NCBI GenBank assembly: GCA_043228905.1
Contig: JBHGNT010000003.1
Span: forward strand, 16,926,001-16,990,000
Direction: 5' to 3'
DNA: 64,000 nt
From: Azolla caroliniana
Lineage: Eukaryota; Plantae; Polypodiophyta
The position numbers and the translations under genes are program-made. This document shows, one piece after another, positions 47,920-60,955 of the stretch (its first letter is position 1; each line of letters begins with the position of its first letter). The notes under the pieces were generated by a model that saw nothing but the letters and a program-made list of their open reading frames with translations, was not told the origin of the DNA and did no database searches.

Positions 47920-50900
47920 AACATAATCCACGAGTTTAATAAGTTGTCACTTTTGAAACCTATAGTTGTGATTGATAGGGAGATGACTCACATCATAAGC
48001 ATGTTACAAAGCGATGTGTGTGTTGGTGATGCATCAACATAATGGTTCTAACTTCTACTCAAGCAAATTGGATTTCTTTATTAAGTTTAGATTAGTTGTT
48101 TTATCAATGTCAAGGTTCTAGTTTGAATTAGGAAAAGGTACTCAAGTCCACATCCAAAATCAATTTTAAAATCAATCAAAGTTGGAATTTACCATATGCG
48201 TATATTTGACATCACTCATGATTTATAATGAATATTTAGTGATTTGAGTATTGTATTTTTAAAATTGCTTCTAAAATTATGCATATATTGTTACTTTGCA
48301 AGAAAATTGTGCCAACACATCGCCAAATACAACTTAGCAAAATGTTATAGGCTAACCATAATGAGCATAAGAACTTATATGAACGTTCCATGTCCAAATC
48401 ATTGTGTTCTTTCAACCATTAGTTAGAGAGATTTCATACATACACAAATGTAGAAATGGTTGTGGGGTTTATCCATCAATGAGCAATGACTTCTTAGAAT
48501 CGATTGATATTTTGATACATGTTTTCCATAGAACACGGTGGCCGCTTGGGTTCGATATTGTTATTTCACAATGCCTTTGATACCCTTATCTTGCGATAGG
48601 TTTCCTAACTTTCCAATGGTCAATGATCCATTTTAAGTTAAAGGTTATCTTCTTAATGCTCATCTAGTAATGTTACTGAAATCAACATAGTCGCGCATTG
48701 CATGATGCTTACCTATCGAGACACACGAGACTTATTTTTTAAAATTATTTCCTCCCAAATGAAATATTATTGTGACAATAACAAGTTCCAAGATGCATAT
48801 ATCTCTAGATGCATTGCAATGGATCCGCTATTCAGATAATTCAATTGCTAGTCAATGAGATATTATTGGTGTTTTATGGTAGGCATTTCACTATTATAAA
48901 TATGTTTTCAATTTTTTTGGTCATCGGTACATTGAATGTACCACGATTAGGAATTTGTATGGTCTAGAGTCATTTCCAATAACCACCCAACCAAGAGTCT
49001 TGTACATTACCAGATCTCCAAAATCTAAAAGTTGTTGGCACAACAGTCAAACCCCTCCTTAACAATTCTTTACCCACTTGTATAGCGTACTGAAAAAAAA
49101 GGGATTTGCTTACTCGATTTTAGATGTGTAAATGTAGTTTCTAAGGTAGTTGCATGAGGCCTTTCGCTATTCGACATGTTGGTTGATGTGGGTATGGTGG
49201 TTGTGTTTTCATGTATGAGTTCTTTGTAGCCTTTGGGAATATTTCCATTAATACCAAGGTGAATCTTTTTTTTTTAAAGTACCACTAGTGGTTCTTTATT
49301 AGAACCAAACATGAAGCTTGACATTATGTTGAAGTTAAATCGTTCCCTTTTCCATAACGTTAGTATAACTATAGAAAATGGTATATTTTTGGATTATTCT
49401 CATTAAAAAATTGTTGACTCAAATAAAATATTGAAATCAATGAAGTGAAGGTCATGCATGTTATTGAGGTGTTTGCCATTATCTTATTAAGTTTATGAGA
49501 GTAGATGAGTTTAAAAGAACTATCATTATTGTGTCGTAATGTAATGGATATGGTGTATAGATTGTCAAAGCACATGGAACCAATTAAAATATGCAGCCAA
49601 ATATTCTTCTTTAGAAAAAATAATAAAGTTCAATTTGCTAAAGAGTTGCAATCGTTATTGGCAAATATAAGTAATTTGTTTAATGTGAATTTTTCTAATA
49701 ACATATTACCTTCGAGAAGGAAAAAATGCGAAGTAATGCAATACTATAAATACATATGTCATATGCTTCTACTTCCATACTTTGCACGTAATGTGACATG
49801 TTGCTAGGAACAAGGAACAAAACTTTTGTAAGGGTAGACAACAAGCATATTCTAACTCTTGACTCAACTCTTTCATGCAGCATTTGAATATTGCTAATAT
49901 AAGTGTATGCAAGTATGCATTCACGCTTCATGGAAATTATAAACATTTAAGAAAGTTGGCATTGATTAACATGACTCTTGAGTAATTTCTTAAATTCAAA
50001 ATATCCTATGCAAAAGACATTTGCATTTCATGCTATGAAATTGTTTTGTTAGAAACTCACACCTTTGTTGATTACAACAATTGACAATAAGTGACTTATA
50101 TTTCCATAACATTTATTATTAAGCTAGACAAAAAAAAATTGAACACACAAGCAAGGAAGGTGTGTCACATCAGACTAGACAAGCAAAAGCAAGAGATTCT
50201 TCATGCTATGTGAATATGTGCTTTATTTTACTACTTAGTTTGTCAAAAATATGATCAATCCTAACCCAAATTCTTTGTGTGTCTCAAATTCCTAAAGTTG
50301 TTGGCTAAACCAATATTAGACTATGAAGAACAAATCAAATTAAAACAATATAATTTAAGAAATAAAACTAAAATGATAAGATCGGCACTTTAGAGAGGGA
50401 TTCAACCACTTTCTAGCATTTCTCCATGGAAAGAAAACTTCTACTGCCTTGCATTTAACACACGCCTACAATAACAAAAACATTCAGAGATGCACTTTAT
50501 CTCTTGAAAAACTTGGGGACTTTGTCCCTTTGTCCTTGGAGACTTGACTCCATCCCTAATAAAAAAAGTAGGGTTACTACTAGCATACAAAATGGTTCTC
50601 TTCCAAATCATCAACAAGTTTGTTCTAACTCATTTTTCTCCTATTGATGTATGTAATGTTTACGTGCCAAAGTTATAGCAAAAGGAAAGAAGGTAGGTTT
50701 TCCCTAACAACAATTATACTGGACATTTGTCTTGAAGAAGTTGAAATCAATTGTAGCAATACAACTCGTACATATAACATATACCTTGGGGCATAAAACG
50801 TTGGTCTCTTAAGGTAATACATGTTGCTTCATACTAGTTATCGTATTGAGTTGGTCTCTCCAAATTCTGTTCCCAGAGAAAAAGAAAGGTTGCTTGTTGC

Positions 50901-51353
50901 TTTGACTAGATGAGTCTCTTAAAACACAAGACTCCTAGATTGGCGAGGCTTTGTCCGCTTTTCTTTTCCATGTGTTGAAGTGTGAAAAGGGCTTGGAAAC
51001 AATTGATAATTGCCCATTTACGACTTCTAGGGGGGAAAATGGGTTTTAGTCCACCACGATGCCACATGAAATGAGGAGAGTAAAGAATGAAGTGATATAT
51101 CTTTTAAATATTTAAGAATAAATGGAATAGAAGTCAATGAATTCATTTCTTTATAAATGGATCATCAAATGAACCCATTGCTTCCTAGAGGTAGATCTAT
51201 CATTATATTTAGTGTGTACTTCCCTTACTACATTAATCACACCTAATGAAGCAATTAAGCCATTCATCATATTAAGTCATACCCACTAATCAGATACATA
51301 TTGGGTTGATTAAATTTTACTAACCATATTCAGCACAAAATTCATTTGACACA

Positions 51354-54300
51354 ATGGGTAGTACTAGCAATTGTCCCAAATCAATGGCTGCAACATCAAA
51401 TGGTGTTTTCCAAGGCGATAATCCTGTCAATTTCGCGCTTCCTCTTCTTATCGTTCAAATTTGTCTGGTTCTAATCTTGACTCGTACCCTAGCCATTTTC
51501 CTCAAACCCTTTCGACAACCTCGGGTCATCGCCGAAATCATAGTATGAATCTAACTCAATATTTTTTTTTTCTTGCTATTTGGATCATAGTCCAAAATCT
51601 GAACTATATATTATTGAACTTTTATTTGGGCAATTCATCAAAATACCCTCTAGGTTTTTGGACATTTACGAGAATACCCCCTAAGTATCATACTTCTAGT
51701 AGTTTATAAAAACATTGAGGCGTATTCAAGTAGATACTCAAAATGTTCGGCCTATTTTTGGCATTTCCCCGTTATCATAGGCAATTGTTGTGATAGGCTA
51801 TATTAGGCTATATTAGGCTTATTTTATTGGTGTATTTCACATTATGGTTGCTTGAATGGTATTGTGTTGAGTTTCTATTTGTGTGGCAAAGCATACATAG
51901 GTAGGTGCAAGACTATACCTAACTAGGTATGTGAAATTGTGTACGTAGAAGTTCATAGTAAAATGACTTGACACTTGTATGTATATGTGTGGCAAAATGC
52001 CTAAATTTTGTAGGGCTACATGATGGCAAAATGTCTGAAAAACCAAAACGTGCTTGTTGAATGTACATATGTGGGGAAAATATCTACAACTTCTTATACA
52101 TATGTGAGAAATGTTTCCAAAACATCTTGTATATGTGTGGGAATTGGGATATATCCATCCGAAATTTGCCCATTTGTTACTTCAAATAGTGTCATTGATT
52201 TCTTGTTTCAAATATATTTATCATTTGGGTTATGGGAAACACACAAATGTTTGAATGATATCTTGACGAAGTTCTTTACGGCCATTGTTGGTCGAATTCT
52301 ATCGTAGTCATCACTACTATCTCGTTTCTAATATTATGACCATGGATTCAAGCTTCGGGTTTTGTAAGTTATGCAGGGGGGGATCTTGTTGGGACCGTCA
52401 GCCCTCGGAAAAAGCCACACATTCACGAACAACATCTTCCCGAAAAAGAGCCTAGTGGTGCTCGAGACTATAGCGGACATCGGCCTCATCTTCTTCTTAT
52501 TCATGGTCGGGCTCGAACTCGACCTAAAGGCAATGAAGAAAACGGGACGGCAAGCAATGACAATAGCGGCGGCCGGGATCACAGTCCCATTCATTGCGGG
52601 GGTTGGCGTCTCGATCGTGTTGCACAACACCATAGTGACAGAAGGGAGCTTCCCAGCATTTCTCGTCTTCATGGGTGTGGCATTGTCCATCACGGCATTC
52701 CCGGTGTTGGCAAGGATCTTGGCGGAAAGGCGGCTATTGACAACGGATGTGGGGCAGATGGCCATGGCAGCCGCAGCCGTGAATGATGTCGTGGCTTGGA
52801 TCCTATTAGCCCTCGCGGTCGCCCTATCGGGATCTCACAAGAGTCCCACCATCGCCGTGTGGGTCCTCCTCTCGGGCCTCGCCTACGTTATCTTCATGTT
52901 CCTCGTGGTTAAGCCCATGATGGGCATCATCGCACGGCAAGCCATCGAGCACGAGCCTGTCCAAGAAGTGTACATTGCGATAACCCTCGCCGGAGTCCTT
53001 CTCGCGGGCTTCTTCACCGATGCCATCGGGATTCATAGCATCTTCGGGGCCTTCATCTTCGGGCTCATCATCCCCAAGGAGGGCCCATTCGCCGGAATCC
53101 TGATCGAGAAGATCGAAGATCTTGTCACTATCCTAATGCTTCCTCTCTACTTCGCGACGAGTGGATTGAAGACCAACATCGGCACCATACACGGGGCGCA
53201 ATCCGTCGGTCTTTTGGTTCTTGTCATCACTACCGCATGTGTAGGTAAGATCATGGGCACCTTCACCGTGGCGAAATTGTATAAGATGAATGTGAGGAAG
53301 TCCTTTACCTTGGGCTTTTTGATGAACACCAAGGGTCTCGTGGAGCTCATCGTCCTCAACATCGGAAAGGATCGCGGGGTAAGTGGCCAATCCAAATCAA
53401 GTGTGAATTCAATCTTTAAAACATCTAGACAATTAGGTGTGAATTCAATGATCTTTAAAACATTTAGACAAATTAGGTGTGAATTCAATCTTTAAACATT
53501 TAGACAATTAGTTGTGAATTCAATCTTTAAAACATTTAGACAATTAGGTGTGAATCCAATCATTAAACATGCAGACAAATTAGGTTTAATATTTTACATA
53601 GCTAACTCATTATGGTATAACTGCACCCACCTCCTAGGGGATAAAGCTTAGTATAGTCTAATGTTATGTCTCAATCCATTTGAAATTATAGATGTAGCTG
53701 AATGTTTGGTTCATCTTTTAGGTCCTGAACGACGAGGTGTTCGCCATTATGGTGATAATGGCGCTCTTCACGACCTTCATCACCACTCCGGTGGTGATTG
53801 CACTCTACAAGCCGGCACGCACTCGTGTACCATACAAGAGGCGGACATTGTACCTCTCGCCCATTGAGAGGAAGGCGTCAGACATGGACCCGGAGCTCCG
53901 TGTCCTCGCGTGCGTCCATGGGATGCCGAATGTGCATGCCATCATCAACGTGGTAGAGGCAGCGAGGGGCACATCCCAGCGGAGGCGCCCATTGCACATG
54001 TACATCCTCCACCTTCTAGAGTACTCGGAGCGCTCATCATCCATCATGAAGCTCCAGAGGGTCCGCCGGGATGGGCTACCGTTCTGGGACAAGCAGCAAC
54101 ACGAGGTCGACAATGTGGTGATCGCGTTCGAGGCGTACGGACAATTGAGCAAAGTCACGGTCCGGCCGATGACTGCCATCTCGCGGTTCGACGACATGCA
54201 CGAGGACATCTGTGCCACTGCGGCCGACAAGCGTGTGTCCATCATCATCTTGCCCTTCTATAAACACTCACGGCCGAGTGCAATGAGCACGAACAATGCC

Positions 54301-55299
54301 ATGTGGGAAGGGCACAGCGCAGGCCTCCGCCACGTGACCCAGAAGGTGCTCCTTCACGCGCCGTGCTCCGTCGCAGTGCTCGTGGATCGGGGCATCGGGA
54401 TGGCATCGTTCTCCTCGTCTTTTGTTGATCGGCATGTTGGAGTGCTTTTCTTCGGGGGCCCGGACGACCGAGAAGCGCTCGCTTTCGGTTACCGAATGGC
54501 CGAACACCCCGGCATTAAGCTCAGTGTCTTCCGATTCGTATTCAACGATCTCACCGACATGGCTAGTACAGAGGTATCCAGTGATGGTCACAACAACAAC
54601 AACAATGCCGGCCATGTGGCAGTGAATTTGCCGTCTCATCCTTCGGGATCCGGATTCTCGATAAATTCCCGGTTCTCGCACGGGGGCCACGACACCTTTG
54701 ATTACATGGTGGGAGCGGACAAGATAGATTGGGCGAAGGAGACGAAGATGGATGAGGAGTGCTTAGCATTGGCCAAGTCGAGGCAGCCCAACGCGTCACT
54801 CTCGCCATTGCTGTCCCAGATCGGGGGCGGCCGCAGCGGGGAAGATACCCTCCAAGGGGCTGGGGTACAAATAAGGTTCGAGGAGAGGGTGGTTGGGGCC
54901 AGTCCGACCGGGGCAGCGCTCGAGATAGCAAGGTCTGAGGGCCTGAATCTCGTGATCGTGGGGAGGGGGAGGCGGCCCTCCCCGCTCATCTCGGCCGCAT
55001 TCTCAGGGCAGCATGCTGAGTACGTGGAGCTGGGCCCGATCGGCGAGGCGTTGGTGGCCGCACCCGAGATCCAATGCTCGGTGCTGGCGGTGCAACAGCA
55101 CGATCCCGAGCTCGTGGAACCCGGGGAGGCAGGGCAGCACGAGGCCGCCGTGCCCTCCGAGAAAGTGGTGGAGGTCTCCACCCCGTCCATCAAGGCCGGC
55201 AGGGGCCTGCGCCAGCTGTCCTCGCCCAGCGTGGTCGTCATCACCGGACCGACCACGGGAGGGGGTTCGGTTACCACCGCGAGGGAACAAGAGACTTGA
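51354..55299 (+). CDS. CHX: Cation/H+ antiporter, CHX (CPA2) family; exons 51354-51542, 52377-53378, 53722-55299 (922 aa)
   Basis: [27 protein letters not shown]|[67 protein letters not shown]; two phase-0 GT-AG introns give an open frame. Confidence 0.95.
53399..53585. repeat. Minisatellite in CHX intron 2, about five ~36-39-bp units
   Basis: GTGTGAATTCAATCTTTAAAACATTTAGACAATTAG repeated head-to-tail. Confidence 0.9.
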
Positions 55300-58292
55300 C
55301 TCAAGCTCCGGAGGGTGGTGAACGGTAGAGTTGACTTATAAGCAAAGTCAACGTTAGGGTAAAAGGGGGGGAGGGGAGGAGGGATGAGGAGGAGGGCATA
55401 CAAGTGTCATTGTAATATGTCATCAAATCAAAACAAATAAGTATGTGCATGTATGTATGTATAAGTTTCTTCTCGCCGAAAAGGTTTTCCTCTTCGAAAG
55501 GTTGTCCTTGTTTGTACATCTTTTTATACGAAGGCCCGATGACCCAACATTGTGCTTTCGAAATTGCACACAAAACCGACGAAACAAATGGGCATTTCCT
55601 AATCACTCCTTTTTCATGCTCTTACGGAAGCCCCATGAAACAATGCACATGCAACAAATATTTCCGTGAAACAATGCACAAGCAACAAATATTTCAAGCT
55701 TGTTATTGCTACAAGGCAAGTATCAATGCATCGCCCAACTTGAATTGACTACGCTTAGGGTCATCGATATTCAAACGAAATATTTAAGTGGCTCACAGAA
55801 ATTGATGGTGTGATTATGACTTGTTTGGGGTTGAAGACAGGTGATTTTTAGACAAATGCAAATAACCATGATAGTTAATAATGCTTGCATTATAATGTTT
55901 TGATACATTCCTTGTTATGCCCTCAATTTATGGTTGGACTCAAGACCAACAACAACAACAACAAAATGTTAGGAAGGAGTTCCAACATTTAGGACAACCA
56001 AAAGGTGAGTTGGGACAAGTTGGGATAGAGAGAGCATGGGCCTCACATTGTTGTTGGGGCTAGCCATTGGGGCCTTAGAGTTGGGACTAGCCGGGACTAA
56101 CCATGGGGGCATGCCTGTTGGGATGAGGACTAGATTGTCTTGTGAATCCTAGTTAGTTTTGGGACAGTTTTGAAGTTTGGACAAACTGGGCTCCCCACAC
56201 TCTCGAAGATTTGTATTTTAATTTGTCGGATTTACAAAAAGAAACACATGATCTCACCTTAGGTTACTATGACCTATTTTCCTTTGCTAAGAGGGGGCAT
56301 GGTCTCCAACATTCAAGTTTGAGGTTCCTCCACCCCAATCACGCAAAGGCTACACCACAACCTTCTAATGTTCTAGAACAACTCAAGTACATATAGCAAC
56401 ACACAACCTACCCACATGTTCCTCCCAAACTGTTTTCCTTATTCCTTACTAGTAAACATGGGTCGTCAATCTGCCCTTCGCATCATTGTGCCATAGACCA
56501 AGATCATGATGGTCATTGGGCCGGTGGGAGCATGGCCTAGCTTGCTATGGTAAACCACCCCAAAGATAGTAGGACTACCGCTTTCGGCTTAGTGGACACA
56601 TCTCCACGAGCTCATAATGGAAATGTGTCCACCCCGGACGAAAATAGCAGTCCACCTTTGTTTTTCCAATCTTTCTCGAGCCTATATATGTCATCGTAAT
56701 GAGGTTCGATTTGCAACAAATTTCTTTGAACATGAACTATTTTGTTTTGGCTTGTACTCCTCTCTCTCTCTCTCTCTCTCTCTCATGAAACACTCGAGAA
56801 CTAATAATAATGCAACTTGTTTGAAAATTTGAAGCCTGCTTAGTTTTTTATATATATTGTCAATTCTAATCTCGAGGAAACATAACAAAAATCATTAATT
56901 ACGGGAAAAGCTAACTTCCATTTTCTTTATTTTAGTTTAGAAAATAGTCAACCACAATATCATTCATTGTGATCATAATGACTTTGAATGGGATAGATAG
57001 CGTAATATCGACACACACTTGGGATACTAAAGACAAGTGGCAACTAAATAACATGCACCTTCCTACTTTTAAGAAAACGTAAAGAGAAAAAGAGATAAAC
57101 AAAGGCCGGCATACACACACTCACACATCCTCAGATACCGTTCGAGAGAGAAGGGCTACACAATTTAAAGAAAACTTAAGAGAAACGGCAACAAGGGATT
57201 AATTGCAGTGTAAAGAGATACACTTTTGGAAGTTTCGAGTAACAATGGGCAAAGCTATAAAAGTATATACATGTACACACTATAGTACTTGGAAGGCAGT
57301 GAACTATAATTTAGTATGAAACATTAGGCTTGATTTTATCATTGGGCAAGTTTCCTATATGGCAACATTAGTTTTACCACCACCTACTAACATAGTAGCC
57401 AGTAGTAAACATTAACAATTCACTTATTTACCCATTTACCTTGAATTACTAGTTCAACAAGTAGCTCTCTTAAACTAAACTTAGTCGATATTAGCTAATG
57501 GCTCATAATATGTATGCAAAGTTTAACTTAGAATATTGAAATTACCATATATTTTGAAGATTGCATATTTGTAAATATAAAGACTTTAAATGATTATAGA
57601 ATATCAATATTATTCGCAAACCAATCATTCTAAACAATTTCATAGGTATGAATACTCTTGTCCAATTTTTTTGTCATTGTGGTATCAAGTCGAGTGTGAG
57701 CCTAAAGGTATTAACTTGAAATTTATTGCAAATTGTCTATGAGTAGATTCCTTAACATGACTAGGGGTGTTTGATGAGTGCTAACAATAAGTGTTAAGAA
57801 TGATATTTTCGCTAAAAGTCAACATCACTCATCCTAGTTGTGGTTCTTGATAACATATTATGTAAATTTTCCATGTCTAACATGCAAAGGTTTATCACAT
57901 ATTTACTTCTAAGTTCTGAGTATATTTATTGAAACAATCATGTAAATATTATTTAATTATGAACACTATAGCCCTTCTCACAAAAAGAACATGGGCATAG
58001 GTCAACATAGAGAATAGACTAATTTTATGTGCAACGCTTTTGTATTTGATGGTAGACATGGAGTGAAAGCATATCTACGAAAGTTAAAGGGAGTAGTAAT
58101 GTGGCAATTTTCTTTATTGGAGCAAGTGGTAATCCTTTCCTTGGTGGAATGTCCGTCTTGCGTATTGGCAATTCAACATGTTCCATTACCCATGTCGTAT
58201 AGTGTAGTTAGTGGGTGACCATACTTCATGGTCACACCCATTGTAAGTTGTGTTTTTTACACACATTTATTAATATAATTGTGTGTTTTCAC

Positions 58293-58295
<3 letters not shown>

Positions 58296-58344
<49 letters not shown>

Positions 58345-58351
58345 AAGAAAG
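58296..58351. repeat. (GA)n(GAAA)n microsatellite at the 3' end of the LINE
   Basis: Directly visible. Confidence 0.95.
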
Positions 58352-60955
58352 ATATATTAACGTCTTCTAAGGCCAAATTTGGCCCATGAGACAAATAGGT
58401 TACAACAAAAATGAGTGTTTATCCAATCATCAAAACTAAAAATAAAAGAAAATAGCTTAAGCTAAGAAAGTTCTAGTAGTGTACAAAACTTTGCACTAAG
58501 CCTAATCTCATTTCCACCCAAGTCTCTCAAAAAGAAGTGGGGGGTCAAAAGTTTTTGGTGTGGGTGTGACCCATGGTCCCGATGCATAGAGTGCCCTAGC
58601 CATGGCTTCTAGGCGGTGTAGTTCATGTTCCCTTATTTTCTTTATTGCTTCTACATCTCGTCGAGTTGCTTTGAAACCCGGCATCTGAGGGCGTTTGGTT
58701 CTTCTTTGATTTTCTGCTTCATCAAGGAGAAGTCCGAGTGGTGCAGGTGTGTCGACATTCATTGTCTCCCCCTGTTCCTGAAAAACTTCATTTGTTATAT
58801 GTTGGTAAACATTAGCAACATTATTATCAACGTTTTGTAATTTATTCTCTCTGTGTTGTTTCAATTCTAAGATGTATCTACCTAATTTCTTTATATCTAG
58901 TGTATCTAATAGTTTAGGGAGGGTGGGAGAGGAACCAAGTATGTCTTGGTATTTTGCCCTTATCTCGGCATAGGTGGGGCATTTGCATGTAAAATGGTAC
59001 TAATCCTCTATTTCTATGTGGCATAACCTACATATCCTTTCCTCCCTAGGGACTCCATTAGTACGTCCATTCTCAATCTCAAGTTGGTGAGATGATATTC
59101 TAAGTTGACCAATGGCAACCCTTAGTGCATGTGGTAAGAATACATCTAGATATTTTGGGCGCGTGATAAAACCTAACTCAGAGAAGTGCATAAAGTGTTC
59201 CTTATAGTACGACATTTTAGATGGGAGTGGCTCTAGTGGGGTGATCCATTTATACCGAGTATAAATTTGCCATATTTCTTGGCGTATTACTTTATTACGG
59301 TCCTCATGAGAGATTAAAGTGTTATCAGTCGTGTGGTCGTACTTAAGGGGGGGGAGGTTAGTAATGTCTAGACCGTTGGCAAGAAGCCAACTCACCATCA
59401 TGCCATACCATGAGCTAGTATAGCCGGACTCATACAATGCTCGAGAAGCCTTAAAGGCTTGGTGGGATATTCTATCAAGTGTTGTTGGTTATGTATCCTG
59501 TGTATAAAGACTACCAGTTGAAAAAGTGCTTCTACTAACATAGGGGGTAGAGTGAACTCAGCCCTAATAATGTCATGTGGGACCGACGATTTGCTTCGGA
59601 GTTGGCGTGATAAGATCATCACCAATGGTCTCTCTAATTGCGTCCACATGAAAGATGGTAGTCCTGGGGCCCAAACCACTTATGCATACATGAGAGAGGG
59701 AGTCACTAATGAGTCAAAGAGCCACCCTTTAGTTCGTAGCTCTTGGAAGTATGCTTGGTGGCATTGTCTCTTGAGGAGTGAGAGGGAGGCATGTCCTTTT
59801 GTAAGTCTATCCTTCGCTGCTTGTGTCATCGAAAATTTACCTGAGCGGGCACTGAAAGTGACTCCGAGATAGACATATGATCCAACCACCTCAACTGGGC
59901 TATGGGAGATAGTTAGGTGACACTTAGCTCTAACTTGGGCCGACGTGTGGAAGATAAGGACTTTAGTTTTCCCTAGATTCACTACCAATCCTCGTTGTGT
60001 GCAAAAGTCATCTAAGGCATTAAGGTGCCTTTGTAGGTCATGTTCAGATTCAGAGAGAAAAACTATGTCGTCTGCATAGAGCAAGATACGCACCTGCGTA
60101 TCCCCAAGGACTACTCCATTGCCTCCCTTACGAGCAATAAAATCTGTGATCTCATCAATGTAGATCCCAAAAAGAGTCGGAGATAAGGGGCAACCTTGTT
60201 TTACACCAATAGTGCTAGTGAAACTATCGGATATGCCGCCTGGGCATCAAACACACCCGGACACTTGTTCATATAGTGCGTAGATGGCCCAAACCATGTC
60301 ATCTGGTATCCTCAAGCTCTTAAGCCTATCAAACAACCGCTCTCTAGGGACCGTGTCAAAGGCTTTGCGGAAGTCCACAAAACAACAATATAGTTTCTTC
60401 TTGCGAGCCTTAGTCTGGTCAATTAAGCATCTAAGTGTGAAGATATGGTCAATAGTGGAGAAGGCTCGTCTAAAGCCAGCCTGTTCAGGTGCACGAAGAT
60501 TTAAGGTCTCCATATACTCGCTAAGCTCTGCCTCCATTACTGCACCATATAATTTAGCAAGGGTATGACCTATCATAATGGTCCTATAAGTATTTGGGTC
60601 CATGGGGTCCCCCCCTTTATGTATGGGGGCCACTGTGTTCATGGTCCATTGTGATGGAAAACCCTCTGCGAGGGCACGATTGAAGATTAGAGTTAGCAAG
60701 GGAACTAGGCACTCTCTCGCGTATATGATGTGTTCTGCTCGCAATCCTGTGTGGTCCATGGACTTCCTATGTTGCAATTTCTTTATGACCTTCGTGACCC
60801 TAGAGGTCGTGAAGAGTGTCCCCACAGTAGGTCGGGGAGTAGAAGGCATTGGAATGGGTGGTTGGTTTGGGATGTGGTAAAATCTCTCTGTATAAGTGTG
60901 CCAAGTTTCGGGATCTTCGATGGGTGTTTGTGGTCTTGGTTCTGTTAAGGATCTT
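58352..60955 (-). mobile_element. LINE (RTE-like) ORF2 3' part, decayed; interrupted at its 5' side by an LTR element
   Basis: PEQAGFRRAFSTIDHIFTL, FVDFRKAFDTV, GVKQGCPLSP, LLYADDIV, YLGVTF, C-terminal ERICRLC...E(D)xxHFxxxC. Confidence 0.9.

Noticed and set aside
45000-51000. Short ORFs and faint retroelement-like remnants in the AT-rich region
   Set aside because: No coherent motifs, termini or TSDs.
53399-53585. 36-bp repeats as a CRISPR array, or as coding sequence at the end of ORF 52371-53495
   Set aside because: No spacers; they lie after the GTAAGT donor at 53379, so they are an intronic minisatellite.
53805-55403. Long antisense ORFs over CHX exon 3 (and similar ones over the Copia and Gypsy pol genes)
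   Set aside because: Expected shadows of GC-rich coding sequence; no recognisable domains.
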